From NCBI GenBank assembly GCA_951406725.2, contig OX597842.1:8990001-9054000 (forward strand): DNA of 64,000 nucleotides, in the 5' to 3' direction. Shown here piece by piece: positions 1-33,561 of the stretch. A program made the translations under genes and the position numbers. A model generated the notes under the pieces. The model was given only the letters and a program-made list of their open reading frames with translations, had not been told where the DNA came from and made no database searches. The stretch's first letter is position 1, and each line of letters starts with the position of its first letter. Origin of the DNA: Octopus vulgaris (lineage: Eukaryota).

Positions 1-192
1 ATCATCATTATCATCATCATCCCCACCACCACCACCATCATCATCATCATCACCACCACCATCATCATCATCATCATCACCACCATCACCATCAACATCA
101 TCATCATCATCACCATCATCAACAACATCATCATCATCACCACCACCATCATCATCATCATCATCATCATCACCACCATCATCATCATCATC

Positions 193-251
<59 letters not shown>

Positions 252-369
252 CATCATCATCACCATAATCATCATCATCATCACCATCACCATCATCATC
301 ACCACACATCACCATCAACATCATCATCACCACCACCATCATCATCATCATCATCATCATCATCACCAC

Positions 370-447
<78 letters not shown>

Positions 448-490
448 CATCATCACCATAATCATCATCACCACCACCATCACCACAACC
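1..490. repeat. (CAT)n/(CAC)n compound microsatellite
   Basis: directly visible. Confidence 0.95.
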
Positions 491-577
491 AACAACCCCA
501 TGATTTTGCCATTTTATAACTTTATCTTTACTCTCTCAGCTGATCAAGTATTTTTCTACCTGTTGAAGCCTAGCCAC

Positions 578-623
<46 letters not shown>

Positions 624-626
<3 letters not shown>

Positions 627-837
627 GGTGATTCAAAAGTTGCCATACGTAGGAACAATTTATTTTTTTTATAAGAAACAGGTTATACATTTTTTTTTAA
701 CAGTCTCTACATGGTTACCATTGTTTTGAATAAACATTGCAATACATTTACCCTTTACCCCCCTCATTGTGAACTTGTAATAGCACATCTGGTGATACCT
801 GCTGTTGTTGATACATGGGGACTTTTGAACCACCCTG
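624..837. mobile_element. Tc1/mariner-type MITE
   Basis: TA|CAGGGTGATTCAAAAGT ... ACTTTTGAACCACCCTG|TA terminal inverted repeats with TA duplication. Confidence 0.75.
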
Positions 838-843
838 TATATA

Positions 844-1270
844 TACTCTTTACTCTCTCTTTTACTCTTTTACTTGTTTCAGTCATTTGACTGCAGCCAT
901 GCTGGAGCACCGCCTTTAGTCGAGCAAATCGACCCCGAGACTTATTCTTTGTGAGCCCAGTACTTATTCTATCGGACCCTTTTTGCCGAACCGCTAAGTG
1001 ACAGGGACGTAAACACACCAGCATCGGTTGTCAAGCGATGCTAGGGGGACAAACACAGACACACAAACACACACACACATGCATATACATATATATATAT
1101 ATATATATACATATATACGACAGGCTTCTTACAGTTTCTGTCTTCCAAATCCACTCACAAGGCATTGGTCGGCCCGAGGCTATAGCAGAAGACTCTTGCC
1201 CAAGATGCCATGCAGTGGGACTGAACCCGGAGCCATGTGGTTGGTAATCAAGCTACTTACCACACAGCCA
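844..1270 (-). mobile_element. SINE family A copy (tRNA-like head, internal (TA)/(TG) tract, (GTAAAAGA)n-type tail)
   Basis: Same ~420-bp sequence recurs >20 times: ~2683, 3730, 4165, 7279, 7825, 10963(+), 14385, 16312, 23432, 23888, 25783, 27432, 27903, 28385(+), 28872, 51440, 51916(+), 54716, 54930, 58558(+), 59292(+), 60180. Confidence 0.9.
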
Positions 1271-1311
1271 TATCTGTAAATGTAATATGTGACAATCATT
1301 CGGTAGTCATG

Positions 1312-1370
1312 ATAAAACTCTGAGTTTCGGATGTTGGGGTGAAAATTCATGCCGCTATCTCTTCAGTTAT
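1312..1370 (-). ncRNA. Hammerhead ribozyme-like motif (degenerate stem II)
   Basis: minus strand ATAA CTGAAGA GAT..ATC C GAAAC TCAGA GTT TTAT; stem I ATAA/TTAT. Confidence 0.5.
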
Positions 1371-2404
1371 TCGGCGATCGGACTTTTATCAGTTGGTGAT
1401 GACTCAACAAGTCCGGTCACATGGTGATGACTCAACCAAGTAATCAGTCACTTGGTGACAACTGAGCAAGGTGGCTCGTGACGACTCAGTTAGGAAATGG
1501 ACTGCTAGAATCATGATCACAAGGAATGCAGCTGATAATGGTCAGTGAGAGAAATGAAATTTACTGCTAGCACCTGTGAGACAATGTTCCACACCCTACA
1601 ATTCTCTCTAGCTCTAATTCTGTTCTCTTACATCATCATTCCATCTCTCTCTGTATTTACTACTAAACAATGAAGAGGACACAAACACAAACTTTACTTC
1701 GCATGCTTTTGGATTTATCATAACCTGCCCATCGAAGCAAGGTATTGTAACGTAACAGTAAATAAATATTTCCTTAAAACTTCATGCATTGCTCATCTTT
1801 CACATCCTACAACATGCAATTATAACAACAAACTTTTATCGTTACAACTGCTGACTTTGACATTTCATATTATTGTGTACCTAATCATAATTACCGTTAC
1901 ATATAAATATATATGTATATGTGGAGATGCAATGGCCCAGTGGTTAGGGCAAAGGACTTGCAGTTATGGGATCATGGTTTTGATTCCAAGACCAGGCGTT
2001 GTGAGTGTTTATTGACCAAAATCACCTAAAAGATCCATGAGGCTTGGGGTGTTCTTGCTTTTACAACTATCCAGAAGGATAGATATATCATTGCGCACAA
2101 TAGATTTAGTTAGTGGTATTGTTATCTCTATTCTAGCTTTTGGTGAAGTAGAAGAGGTCAGAAAGGGTCAAGTGGTGAAGACATTACTTCGGCCTAGCTA
2201 AAAGCATCTGGAAAATGTAAAACTGCTGTCAGAGAAAAACCATTGTTCCACTGTGGGAAAAGTTCTGTTGCAGTGTTAATTTAAATTTGGCTGTGGTGGA
2301 TCGAATCCACTTCATGCCTGCAAGATTCGCTACATGTGTGTGTGTGTGTGTGTGCATGTATATGTGCGTGTAATATGTATATGTCTTTCTCTTCCCACCT
2401 GTAG

Positions 2405-23162
<20,758 letters not shown>

Positions 23163-23281
23163 GTACACGCAGACATGTACACACCATTATACATTCACAC
23201 ATATGATAAAATACATGTACAAATATATATATATGTGTGTGTGTGTACATATTTACATGTATATATACATACATACATAAT

Positions 23282-23329
<48 letters not shown>

Positions 23330-23366
23330 TATGTATGTATGTATGTATGTATGTATATATATATAT

Positions 23367-23399
<33 letters not shown>

Positions 23400-23650
23400 T
23401 GTATGTGTGTATGTATGTATGTACATATGTATACTCTTTACTCTTTTACTTGTTTCAGTCATTTGACTGTGGCCATGCTGGAGCACTGCCTTTAGTCGAG
23501 CAAATCAACCCCAGGACTTATTCTTTGTAAGCCTAGTACTTATTCTATCGGTCTCTTTTGACAAATTGCTAAGCCACAGGGACGTAAACACACCACCAAC
23601 GGTTGTCAAGCGATGTTGGGGGAACAAACACGGACACACAAACATATATA

Positions 23651-23732
<82 letters not shown>

Positions 23733-24082
23733 CGGGTTTCTTTCAATTTCCGTCTACCAAATCCACTCATAAGGCTTTGGTCGGCCTGAGGCTATATTAG
23801 AAGACACTGGCCCAAGGTGCCATGCAGTGGGAATGAACCTGGAACCATGTGGTTCATAAGCATATATATATATATATATATATACACACGATGGGCTTCT
23901 TTCAGTTTCCATCTACCAAATCTACTCACAAGGCTTTGGTCAGCCTGAGGCTAAAGTAGAAGACACTTGCCTAAGGTGCCATGCAGTGGGACTGAACCCG
24001 GAATCATGTGGTTGGTAAGCAAGCTACTTACCACACAGCCACTTCTGCACCTATATATATATACAGTCATGCCACTCCTGCG

Positions 24083-24133
<51 letters not shown>

Positions 24134-24663
24134 CCATGCCTATACGTAGTCATGCCTGCGCCTATATACATAAATACATACAATTACAAAGACGGAGAAT
24201 GAGATGAGTAATAAAAGAACTTGTTCCCTCTGTTCTCCTCGTTTGCAATTGTAAAACCTCTGTGGAGACTTGGTGATTTTCAGGCCTGTGTTTGATAAGA
24301 CAAACAGTATCCAGATTAACATCTGTTTGACAGCCTCTGCATGTGGATTATCTTAATAAGGCAAACTCCAGGGTTAACACTCAAAGAATAAAATTATTAT
24401 AAATACATGTGTGTGTGTGTAAATACAGTGAGTAGACTGGAGCATCATGAAATAAAATGTCTTGCTCAAGGACACAATGCGTTGCCAGGAATTGAACTCA
24501 CCACATTATGATCATGAGCTGAATGCCCTAATTCATTGTATTTATGCACACACACAGAGAAAAAGGGTGATTGCAATGCAGGTAAATAGAGTTAGGCTTG
24601 ATGTATATATGTATATTTTTATATGGAGTACAAAAAGTACTGAAGAAAATATTTAATTTCATA

Positions 24664-24772
24664 ACTCGACAGCTGTTTCAGGAAGCCCAGACTTAACTAA
24701 TAATCATAATAATCATAAATTGCGGCTGAAATGAGCAAACGGTACATTAAGCCTGACTCTCCTCATCAAAAT
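24664..24772 (-). ncRNA. Decayed hammerhead with long stem II
   Basis: minus strand TTGATGA GGAGAGTCAGGCTTAA...TTAAGTCTGGGCTTCC T GAAAC AGCT GTC; palindromic loop 3. Confidence 0.5.
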
Positions 24773-26156
24773 AAGATTGGAAAATGCCAATATTTTCGTG
24801 TCACCTGTTACTGGGTACATATCCATGACTTTTGCGCATTTCATCTGCAATTTATGATGGCTATGATTATTATGCAAATCTGACCTTCCTGAAACATCTG
24901 TTGAGTTAAGAAATTACATGTTCTTCATATTTTATTTCCTATTTTTCTTTCTTTTGCTCCATGTAACATATATATAACAACATATCTAAACAAACCTTTT
25001 TTCTTGTTTTTGGAAGCGTTGGATGTGTTTTGTATTGTATGCATGCAACTGTGTGCTGCCATCTGCTGGTGCCCTATAGAACTAGTCCTGGAACTTTTTG
25101 ATTCCACCTTGTAATATATATATATATACATACATACACACACACACATATATATATATATACATACATATACATACATATATACATACATACATCATCA
25201 TCATCATCGTTTAGTGTCCGCTTTCCATGCTAGCATGGGTTGGACGGTTCAACTGGGGTCTGGGAGGCCAGAATGCTGCACCAGGCCCAGTCTAATCTGG
25301 CAGTGTTTCTACAGCTGGATGCCCTTCCTAATGCCAATGACTCCATGAGTGTAGTGGGTGCTTTTTACATGCCACCTGCACGGAAGCCAGTTTGCTGCTC
25401 TGGCAATGATCCCACTCGAATGGTGCTCTTAGCACTCCACTAGCATGGATGCCAGTCATTGAATTTGATTTTGATTTAGATTATAAGAGAGAAAAAGTTG
25501 TCAGCAGACAGCCATTACTTTCTTATCAGTATAATACGAAACACATTCGACGCTTCCAGAACAAGCCAAACTATGCGTATGAGCATCACTTCTTTATCAT
25601 CTGCTCTCTTTGGATTTGTCTTGTAGCCCCTCATGATGCTGGGAGCCTTGTCCTGGATGAAGAATTCAAGGTTTAAGTACTCGAGTTCAAGGGTTAAGTT
25701 GTACTCAAATTCCTTTGAGTACAACTATGTGTTTCTTATACTGAGCTTATCTAGCTCTCACCTATCATCTTTGTATATATATGTTTTATCTTTTACTTGT
25801 CTCAGTCATTAGACTGTGGCCATGCTGGGGCACTGCCTTAAAGAATTTTAGTCAAACAAATCAATCCCAGTTCATATTTTCTTAAGCATTTTTTGCCAAA
25901 CCGCTATGTTACATGAACATAAACACATCAACACCAGTTGTCAAAAGATTGTTGGGGACAAATATAGACACAAGGAAGGACACACACACACATACATACA
26001 CAAATACATATATATATGTGATCAGCTTCTTTCAGTTTCCATCTACCAAATCCACTCACAAGGCTATAGCAGAAGATGCTTGCCCAAGATGCCACCCAGT
26101 GGGACTGAACCTTGGGCCATGTGGTTGGGAAGCAAGTTTCTTACCACACAGCCATA

Positions 26157-26261
<105 letters not shown>

Positions 26262-26323
26262 CATAATAAATAAAACATATGCATATATACATACATATAT
26301 GTACGTACCTACATCTATATGTA

Positions 26324-26703
26324 CACTACCGTCAGAAATTAATTAGCACCCTTGATTTGCTCTTCACTCAAGGTATGTGCTGTCACCTAGTGGCCATATC
26401 TCGAACTATTGCTTTGTTGCGAGTTCACTGTTGCGCAGAACGATGACGTAACTTTGTTTGCAGAGCAGTTTGAGAGTCTACAGCCTTATGATGTTGACAT
26501 AGCAGTGCAACAACAACTTGGAGTGCGGATGCAGACAAATCTTCCTTTGTTTAATAGATATAGGTAGCGCCTCGCAAGGACCGAAATCACACCATACTAA
26601 GTTTTCTCATCGCGTAAGACGTTTTGAACAGCTCATAGGTTAATTGATTTAACCTATTTAATGTAGAAATTTGAGAAGTGCTAATTAATTTCTGACGCAA
26701 GTG
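26324..26703. mobile_element. Tc1/mariner-type MITE
   Basis: TA|CACTACCGTCAGAAATTAATTAGCAC ... GTGCTAATTAATTTCTGACGCAAGTG|TA. Confidence 0.8.
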
Positions 26704-27622
26704 TATATATACATGCATATGTAGGTACAGGACACCAAAAAAATGTTGAACACAATGAAAAACGAAAACATAAAAACATAACCATGGAAACGGACATATT
26801 TTTAAACAACGAAAAAACAGGGTACAAGACATACGACACAAGGAAAATTCCCCTTCTTCAGCCGCCTCAGTTTCGTCTACTCCGCGTTTCGAAGGTAAAG
26901 GCGAGACACGACTTCGATGAAACGATCCTTCCCACAAATAAATTGAGATTTTTTGCGGTGGGGTAAAAGTGGTAACAAAAACAGGACAGTAAAAACAATA
27001 CAAGACAGTAAAAATACAAATAAAAACAGTAAACAACAGGACAAGTAGAATAACAGTAATACGAACGTTAAGGGCTGTTAAGCTGAACGAAGGAAAAATT
27101 ATTTTGAATGCGTGAGAACAACGGCTTAAGAAAGGGATAGGAAGCCGTCTACACTTGTTGAAGGCTGTGGTCAGAAAGACAGGACTTAATAATTATGATG
27201 CGCACTCTTAACCTTACTGTCTCTCTATTTTCTAACCTTACTGTACCCCTCTCGCTTCTTCATTCTTTCTGGTTTTCTCTACCATTCTCTCCCTTTCACC
27301 GTTCCCTTTCTCTTACTCCTCCTCCTCCTCCTTCTCATTGTATGTATGTATGTATATATATATATATACATATACACACACACACACACTCATACACACA
27401 CACACACACATACTCATATATATATATGAATATATGAAGGACTTCTTTCGGCTTCCGTCCACCAAATCCACTCAGAAGGCTTTGGTTGGCCCAAAGCTAT
27501 TGTAGAAGACACTTGTCCAAGGTCCAGTAGGACTGAACCCAGAACCATATGGTTGAGAAGCAAGCTTCTTACCGCACAGCCACACCTGCACCCATTATAT
27601 ATATATATATACATACACATAT

Positions 27623-27657
<35 letters not shown>

Positions 27658-27684
27658 AAATGGTAAATAATTTTTCTGTGGTTT

Positions 27685-27726
<42 letters not shown>

Positions 27727-27902
27727 CATACTTCAGCTTTTGTCATTATTTGATTCCAAGACACGTGACTTTGCTCGAAAAACAACATAACTTGAAAAAA
27801 CATTTTGAAAACTTTTTTAGCTTATAATTCGTTTTAATAAATGGTTTGTACATATTTCTCCATGTATTTTATTTGTTTTTCTACTTCAGTATTGGCTTTT
27901 AA

Positions 27903-28521
27903 ACTCTTTACTCTCTTTTACTTGTTTCAGTCATTTGACTGCGGCCATGCTGGAGCACCGCCTTTAGTCGAGCAACTCGACCCCAGGACTTATTCTTTTT
28001 GTAAGCCCAGTACTTATTCTATCGGTCTCTTTTTGCCGAACCGCTAAGTGACAGGGGACGTAAACACACCAGCATCGTTTGTCAAGCAATGCTAGGGGGA
28101 CAAACACAGACACACAAACACACACATACATATATATATACATATATATGACAGGCTTCTTTCAGTTTCCGTCTACCAAATCCACTCACAAGGCATTGGT
28201 CGGCCTGAGGCTATAGCAGAAGACACTTGCCCAAGGTGCCATGCAGTGGGACTGAACCCGGAACCATGTGGTTGGTTAGCAAGCTACTTACCACACAGCC
28301 ACTCCTGCGCCTTGTTTAAATTTTTATGCTTTCATAAATGTTTGTTGAGATTGACATAACTTTGGATAAATTATAGCATCTCATGCGCAGGAGTGGCTTT
28401 GTGGTAAGTAGCTTGCTAACCAACCACATGGTCCCGGGCAAGTGTCTTCTGCTATAGCCTCGGGCCGACCAATGCCTTGTGAGTGGATTTGGTAGACGGA
28501 AACTGAAAGAAGCCCATCGTA

Positions 28522-28560
<39 letters not shown>

Positions 28561-29284
28561 ATGTGTTTGTGTGTCTGTGTTTGTCCCTCTAGCATTGCTT
28601 TACAATCGATGCTGGTGTGTTTACGTCCCCGTTACTTAGTGGTTCGGCAAAAGAGACCGATAGAATAAGTACTGGGCTTACAAAGAAAAAGTCCTGGGGT
28701 CGAGTTGCTCGACTAAAGGCGGTGCTCCAGCATGGCCACAGTCAAATGACTGAAACAAGTAAAAGAGTAAAAGAGTATGTTTAACCCTTTAGTGTTCACA
28801 TTATTCTGCCAAAACTAATGGTTTTTTATCCAAATTGTTTTGGACTAATCATGCATTATCTTGTAGTTACCCTTTTACTCTTTTACTCTTTTACTTGTTT
28901 CAGTCATTTGACTGCGGCCATGCTGGAGCACCGCCTTTAATCGAGCAAATTGACCCTGGGACTTATTCTTTGTAAGCCCAGTACTTATTCTATCAGTCTC
29001 TTTTGCCGAACCGCTAAGTGATGGGGACGTAAACACACCAGCATCGGTTGTCAAGCAATGCTAGGGGACAAACACAGACACACAAACACACACACACATA
29101 TATATATATATACATATATACGACGGGTTTCTTTCAGTTTCCGTCTACCAAATCCACTCACAAGGCTTTGGTCGGCCCGAAGCTATAGTAGAAGACACTT
29201 GCCCAAGGTGCCACACAGTGGGACTGAACCCGGAAACATGTGGTTGGTAGACAAGCTACTTACCACACAGCCACTCCTGCGCCT
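27903..29284. mobile_element. Three young SINE family A copies in -/+/- orientation
   Basis: 27903-28311 (-), 28385-28775 (+), 28872-29284 (-). Confidence 0.9.
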
Positions 29285-29402
29285 ATGAGATTTTGATGAG
29301 GTAGCTATTTTAGGGTTGGTGTGAGAAACCAGATATGGCCAGTTTGAACTAAAACAGGCAGAATACTTTTGGCCAGATATGGTCAGTTTAAATGCTAAAG
29401 GG
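28785..29402. mobile_element. piggyBac-type MITE (TTAA TSD) interrupted by a SINE
   Basis: TTAA|CCCTTTAGTGTT ... AATGCTAAAGGG|TTAA. Confidence 0.75.
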
Positions 29403-29469
29403 TTAAGTAGATGAAGCTGTGAGTTTATCTAGGTGTATACACACCATTTGTCAACAACTAAGATATATT

Positions 29470-29721
29470 TTGTTTTTGGATTTGGTTTGCTAGATTCTTT
29501 ATATGAGTTTGTGTGTTGAAGCATATTCTGTTGTGTCTGGGGAGAGTCATTTTCTTTTTGTGCCTTATAATTTAACACACTCACCGGCAAAAATCTCCAC
29601 TTTCTTTTTTATTTTCCTACAGAAAAATAAAAAAGACGTGGAAATTTTACCAGTGAGTGTGTTAAATTATAAGGCACAAAAAGAAAATGACTCTCCCCAG
29701 ACACAACAGAATATATATATA

Positions 29722-29759
<38 letters not shown>

Positions 29760-29937
29760 TCTGGGGAGAGTCATTTTCTTTTTGTGCCTTATAATTTAAC
29801 ACACTCACTGGTAAAATTTCCACGTCTTTTTTATTTTTATTTTTATTATTTTTTTTTTAAATTTAAAAACGTGGAAATTTTACCGGTGAGTGTGTTACAT
29901 TATAAGGTACAAAAAGAAAATGACTCTCCCCAGACAC
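29470..29937. mobile_element. Double fold-back insertion with 10-bp TSD (Penelope-like repeat)
   Basis: AAGATATATT at 29460-29469 and 29938-29947; hairpins ~29523-29714 and ~29760-29937. Confidence 0.75.
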
Positions 29938-30167
29938 AAGATATATTCTCCATGACAAGACACAGTGAGTAGTTAGTTTGCTCCTCAGTTCGAATGTGCA
30001 TCAAGCATATTTGGACTGATAATAGTACTGCAATTTCACTTATCACAGCTTAGTGCTCCTGTTTTGTCATTTATTTACAGTGAGCCACCTTATAGCACTA
30101 CCAGTCATTGTATGGTGACTGGAAAAACATAAGAGATGTAATCTCTTAATTCAGCTCATAGTGACGT

Positions 30168-30510
30168 AAAGGTGCATGGCTCAGTGGTTAGAGCATCAAG
30201 CTTATGATCGTGAGGTTTTGAGCTCGAATCCTGGACTGGGCAGTGTGTTGTGTTCTTGAGCAAGACACTTTATTTCACACTGCTCCAGTTCACTCAGCTC
30301 TAGAAATAGGTTGCGACGTCACAGGTGCCAAGCTGTATTGACCCCTTTTCCTTTCCCTTGGATAACACTGGTGGCGTGGAGAGGGGAGGCTGGTATGCAT
30401 GGGCGACTGCTGGCCTTCCATAGACAACCTTGCCCAGACTTGTGCTTGGGAGGGTAACTTTCTAGGTGCAAGACCATGGTCAGTGTCATGACCGAAGGGG
30501 TTCACAAAAA
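30168..30510 (+). mobile_element. tRNA-derived SINE family F with 8-bp TSD
   Basis: TGGCTCAGTGGTTAGAGC head; AGTGACGT / AGTGTCGT flanks; fragments also at ~57600-57910 (-). Confidence 0.78.
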
Positions 30511-30515
30511 AGTGT

Positions 30516-30589
30516 CGTCTGCCTGGTGTCTGTAACTGATGAGGAGATAACTACTCTGAAATGCTAGTATCTCACAGTCTAGGCAGATG
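30516..30589 (+). ncRNA. Type I hammerhead ribozyme with extended stem I
   Basis: CGTCTGCCTGG TGT CTGTAA CTGATGA GGAG ATAACTA CTCT GAAA TGC TA GTA TC^TCACAG T CTAGGCAGATG. Confidence 0.78.
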
Positions 30590-30758
30590 GTGTGGCAAGC
30601 TGATCTAGGTGTATACACACCATTTGTCAACAAGCAAGATATATACTCCATAACAAAATGCACTGAGTAGCTTGTTCCCCAGTTCGAACATGCATCAAAC
30701 ATATTCGAACTGATAATAATTTGCAACTTTACTTATCAATGTTTAGTGTTCTCCCCTC

Positions 30759-31226
30759 TATGGTTGTGAAACATGGCCTATGAGGGTAGTCGATCAGTGA
30801 GGGCTGGGGGTGTTCAACAATGACTATCTCCGCCACATTCTTCGCTGCCAACGCATTGATCAGGTTCCTGCAGCCGATCACCTGAATCTCCGGCCCCTCC
30901 CTTCGGTGCTTCTACAACGGCGCTTAAGGTGGTTCGGTCATGCAGCCCGGCGTCCAGAGGGTGAGCCAATTCGCGATGTCCTCTTCCCGACTGGCGCAAG
31001 CGCACGGGTGGGCAGCTGAAGACCTGGGCAATGACGATAAAGGAGGACCTCTCCGAACTCTCAGGTCCGCAGGTGGTCAGTCTGCGCAGATGGAACCGCT
31101 AATGGCTTGCTTTCTCCAGTGACCTCGCACAGGACCATCGAGCGTGGGCCGCCATGGTTCATGATGCTGTTAGGACCAGAGAAGAAGCCGGGTCAACCCA
31201 CCCTGGGTCATCACAAGTACAAGTAA
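30759..31226 (+). mobile_element. 5'-truncated RTE-clade LINE
   Basis: LYGCETWP...LRHIL...QRRLRWFGHAARRPE with an in-frame stop; CAAGTA-repeat tail; GTTC(T)CCCCTC-like flanks. Confidence 0.82.
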
Positions 31227-31333
31227 GTTCCCCCTCCATAATTTCGTTATGGTGAGCCACCATATAAGGCTACCAGTCATTCATAAAGTGAAAAAGCATA
31301 AGGGAGGTAATCTCTTAATTCAGCTCATAGCAT

Positions 31334-31407
31334 TGTCTGCCTGGTATCTGTGACCAATCAGGAGATAACTATTTTGAAATGCTAGCATCTCACAGTCTAG
31401 GTAGGTG
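31334..31407 (+). ncRNA. Second hammerhead of the array, core decayed
   Basis: CTGTGA CCAATCA GGAG ATAACTA TTTT GAAA TGC TA GCA TC TCACAG; stems I and III perfect. Confidence 0.6.
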
Positions 31408-31498
31408 GCGCTGCATGCTGATTAGGTGTATACACACCATACAAGATATATTCTCTGTGACAAAACGCAGTGAGTAGCTTCTTCCACAGTTCAAACGT

Positions 31499-31862
31499 GG
31501 GATCTTTTCGGTTTGAACGGCAGTTTTTTCTAGCGGTGTCTTATGAAATTGTCACCCATAATTATGACCCTAGTATCGATCTATTGCATTTCAATCTGTT
31601 TTAGGGTTAGGGTTAGGGGTGGGGGTGGGGGGAAGGGTAACTTTTTTCTTCACAAATGTAAATAAACCCAATCTGTTTCTTAAACGAGGGACATATTCAT
31701 GTTTTCACCTCAATAGACGTCATTGATTGGTTGAAATTGCAGAAATTGAAGAAAAAAAAAAACCAACAAATATCTTACAAACTATAGAATTTTCTCAATA
31801 AAGCCAAGAGAAAAAGATGTTTTATAAACACATTCTACCAGTATACGAAGTTTAAAAGTGTT
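31499..31862. mobile_element. Non-autonomous DNA element (GGGATCTTTT terminus, internal TTAGGG x3)
   Basis: shares sequence with 4862-5105. Confidence 0.5.
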
Positions 31863-32306
31863 GGGGCTGCATCCAGAATTTTGCAAACAAAATGCAAAGA
31901 TGAAATTAATGAAGAAAAATTAATTAATCAAGGAAAGAGAACACAAGAATTTGTTATATATTGAACAATATAATTTATTTAATTTCGTTCGTTTTCTTTT
32001 AAATTTATACAGTAGAGGTTGTTGTTGATGTCTTTGACCTTGGGTCAAATAAATAAGTTGAAAATTAGGGGAGGTACTCTGAGTATGCATGTGTGTGTGG
32101 ATGCACATATATATAGATATGTATATATGTGTGTATGTGAGTGTGTGTGTGTGTGTAATTATGTGTTTATGTATGGATGCATGAGTGTATAGGTACATTT
32201 CTGATTGTGTATATGTACATAGGATCTTTTAGTTGTTAAGGTATACTAAGTAGATACATGCAACACATAAGTGCACACACATACACACACACACACATAT
32301 ATATAT

Positions 32307-32343
<37 letters not shown>

Positions 32344-33522
32344 TCATATATATGTATATATACATATACACACACATACATATACATATATGTATATATA
32401 CATATACCGATACATACATACATATATACATACATATATATATATATATATATGTAGATGCACAAATATATCTAGGAGTACATTATCTGATGTTTATAGT
32501 AGATAGTATTAGTGGCTATAGTTGTTATTGTTTAACCCTAAGTCAGTCCTGATCTCGGAGACAGACCTATGATCAAAGATGTTCCAGCTGTGACCATCCC
32601 CTCTTTTATTCGGGCATAGTGTATCTAGGACTACATTATCTAATGTGCAGTATAGGAGTTAGCATTAGCGGCTATAATTGTTGTATAGTCTCATTAGTTC
32701 TGATCCAGGAGGCCTGTGATCAAAGACGTTCCATTTGTGACCATCCCATCTTAATTTTGAATTGAGTATAATATAGTTCTAGATGCTATTTGCTGTAATC
32801 TGTTTGTCCTTCCTTCTTTCAAGTAAATACTTGGGTGGCTGCTCTTTTTAGCAATTGGAGGAACCATTGTGTAGCATCCAAAGTTATTCCTAACATGACT
32901 CTCCCTACTCTAAGGGTAGACTTTTTCTCATTCAGCAATGTTTTAAACCCTGGTATTTTGTTGCTAATATCCTTCCATAGATGTTGCCTAGGTCATTGTT
33001 GTTATTTGGCCCCGGGTCAACTCTGACTAAGCAGAACTGTTATGAAAGGCATACCACCCATGACTCACACATCAAGAATCACATTTTTAAAATTTGTTTT
33101 TCCTTTAAGACAATTGCTTGCAGGATGAAGGAAACTGGGCTGCTATTTCTAGCAAAAAAGGAAACCACGTACAGGTTCGATGTTGTCATTACTGTTTTGC
33201 AACTTCCAGCCATAGTCATCCAGGCTTTGTTAACTCAAACATAAGACAGTATCATTTGTAGGGTGATTTGACTGTTATTTCTAGCAGGCTATATGCATCA
33301 TTTCCAATGATGCATATATACATATATATGTATGTGCTTGCATGTATATCTATATATTGCATATATACATATATATGTATGTGTATATGTATATATATGT
33401 ATGTATATATATGTATATATATATATACACACACATATATATATACATACATACATATATAAATATGTATGTATGTATGTAAACCTGCCTTCGTCTTTTG
33501 TCTATTTTCATAAAGCTTCCCG

Positions 33523-33561
<39 letters not shown>

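Larger units (their letters stand above)
29407..31498 (+). mobile_element. Tandem ~340-350-bp hammerhead-bearing repeat (non-LTR retrozyme-like), interrupted by 3 insertions
   Basis: anchor AGGTGTATACACACCAT at ~29431, 30607 and 31424; hammerheads at 30516-30589 and 31334-31407. Confidence 0.75.

Noticed and set aside
1-490. His-rich protein exon
   Set aside because: Pure CAT/CAC microsatellite without credible splice context; does not fit the rGC domain order.
764-1279. Recurrent short ORFs such as [19 protein letters not shown] and [12 protein letters not shown]
   Set aside because: Chance frames of the SINE family A consensus, repeated in every copy.
26840-26945. Possible hammerhead on the minus strand (GAAACGCG)
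   Set aside because: No recognisable CUGANGA core or NUH site.
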